From contig OZ076409.1 of NCBI GenBank assembly GCA_964187785.1, positions 54,562,001 to 54,626,000 on the forward strand: DNA of 64,000 nucleotides, read 5' to 3'. The notes under the pieces are model-generated. The model was given only the letters and a program-made list of their open reading frames with translations, was not told where the DNA came from and did not search any database. The position numbers and the translations under genes were made by a program. Of the stretch, positions 63,111 to 64,000 are shown piece after piece. The DNA is from Amphiscolops sp. MND2022 (lineage: Eukaryota). Position 1 is the stretch's first letter, and every line of letters begins with the position of its first letter.

Positions 63111-64000
63111 AGACAAACAACGACCTCAAAAGTTTGAAAATATCATAGAACGATTGTTTTAATCCTCCTACCATGTCGTCTTAGAAGATTGAAGATATAG
63201 ATAATAGCTCTACAAAAATTATTGAACAATTAATGTTACCAGTAGCTCTTTTTTTCTAAAACTGGAAGCGTCTTGCAAACCAAGACAGCGCGTCATAGTT
63301 TTAGACACTAACTTTTTATTTAATATTTTCAGAAATTTTTTAAAGAAATATATTCACACTTTTTCATCGAAATTCCTTTTCCACTCTTTTTCCGAAGTTT
63401 CCTGAATTTTCCTCTTCAGTTTTAATTTTTCTTCTTTTTTTTGTTGAAAATTATTCGAACGATATGCAAGTTACTATAATAAACGATGGACAAATTTTGT
63501 AATTTGGAATTTAAGAAAGCCAATAAATTCGACAATCTGAAAATTGTGAAACTATGACAAAACCTTTCATAACTATTACAAAAAAGGGAATGGCTTTTTA
63601 CCATTATCAGAGAAAAAATCGCAATTAAGAAGCATCTGATAAGTATATGAACAATGAAAGCAGACATTTTGAGAGTGAAATTCGTTAACTGAAAGAAAGT
63701 TTTTCGCCTCGGCCAGTAAAAACTCCTAACAAGCCCAAATTTATGGAGGGTTTGTAGGAATCTCTATGAAGTAGTAGTCAGAAAGTCAACCAATTACTAT
63801 CTAACATTTTTTCTCTTTTCATAAAGTTACTAGTTAAATTTGAGACACTAACTGAAAAAAAACAACTATGAATCAGGCAAATAAACATTAAGTGTACAGC
63901 AATACAGAACGAACTACAAACCACCACCAACTGATGCAACAACTGGATGGTGACAAACTGGAAGTATCATTGTTTCAATGATAAACTCCTAGAGAAATAT

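Overview
AT-rich eukaryotic (metazoan-type, GT-AG intron) genomic DNA, mostly transposons. One intact host gene is well supported: a 7-exon UBE2H/Ubc8 ubiquitin-conjugating enzyme (15853-33242, +, 183 aa). Upstream (1-15.5 kb) is a pile of decayed elements: a FLYWCH-MULE transposase, an APE-RT LINE, a hAT remnant, and an RLE (CRE-like) retrotransposon. The last is interrupted by a Gypsy element and by a hAT > MITE > MITE nest. Downstream are a recent Copia with identical, non-canonical LTRs and a 48-bp flanking duplication, many Helentron-like repeats, possible decayed GON-like exons, and a degenerate CR1-like LINE. The top candidate for a novel system is an 8.4-kb LTR element (47260-55649) with ~1.9-kb LTRs. 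It has no RT or integrase but encodes one open Gag-protease-TARG1/OARD1(DarG-like) macrodomain polyprotein with catalytic residues retained, plus small accessory ORFs. Other notable signals are an SGNH-esterase-like ORF upstream of gag in the Gypsy element and identical internal cores shared by MITEs with unrelated TIRs. All calls were made by eye; no searches were run.
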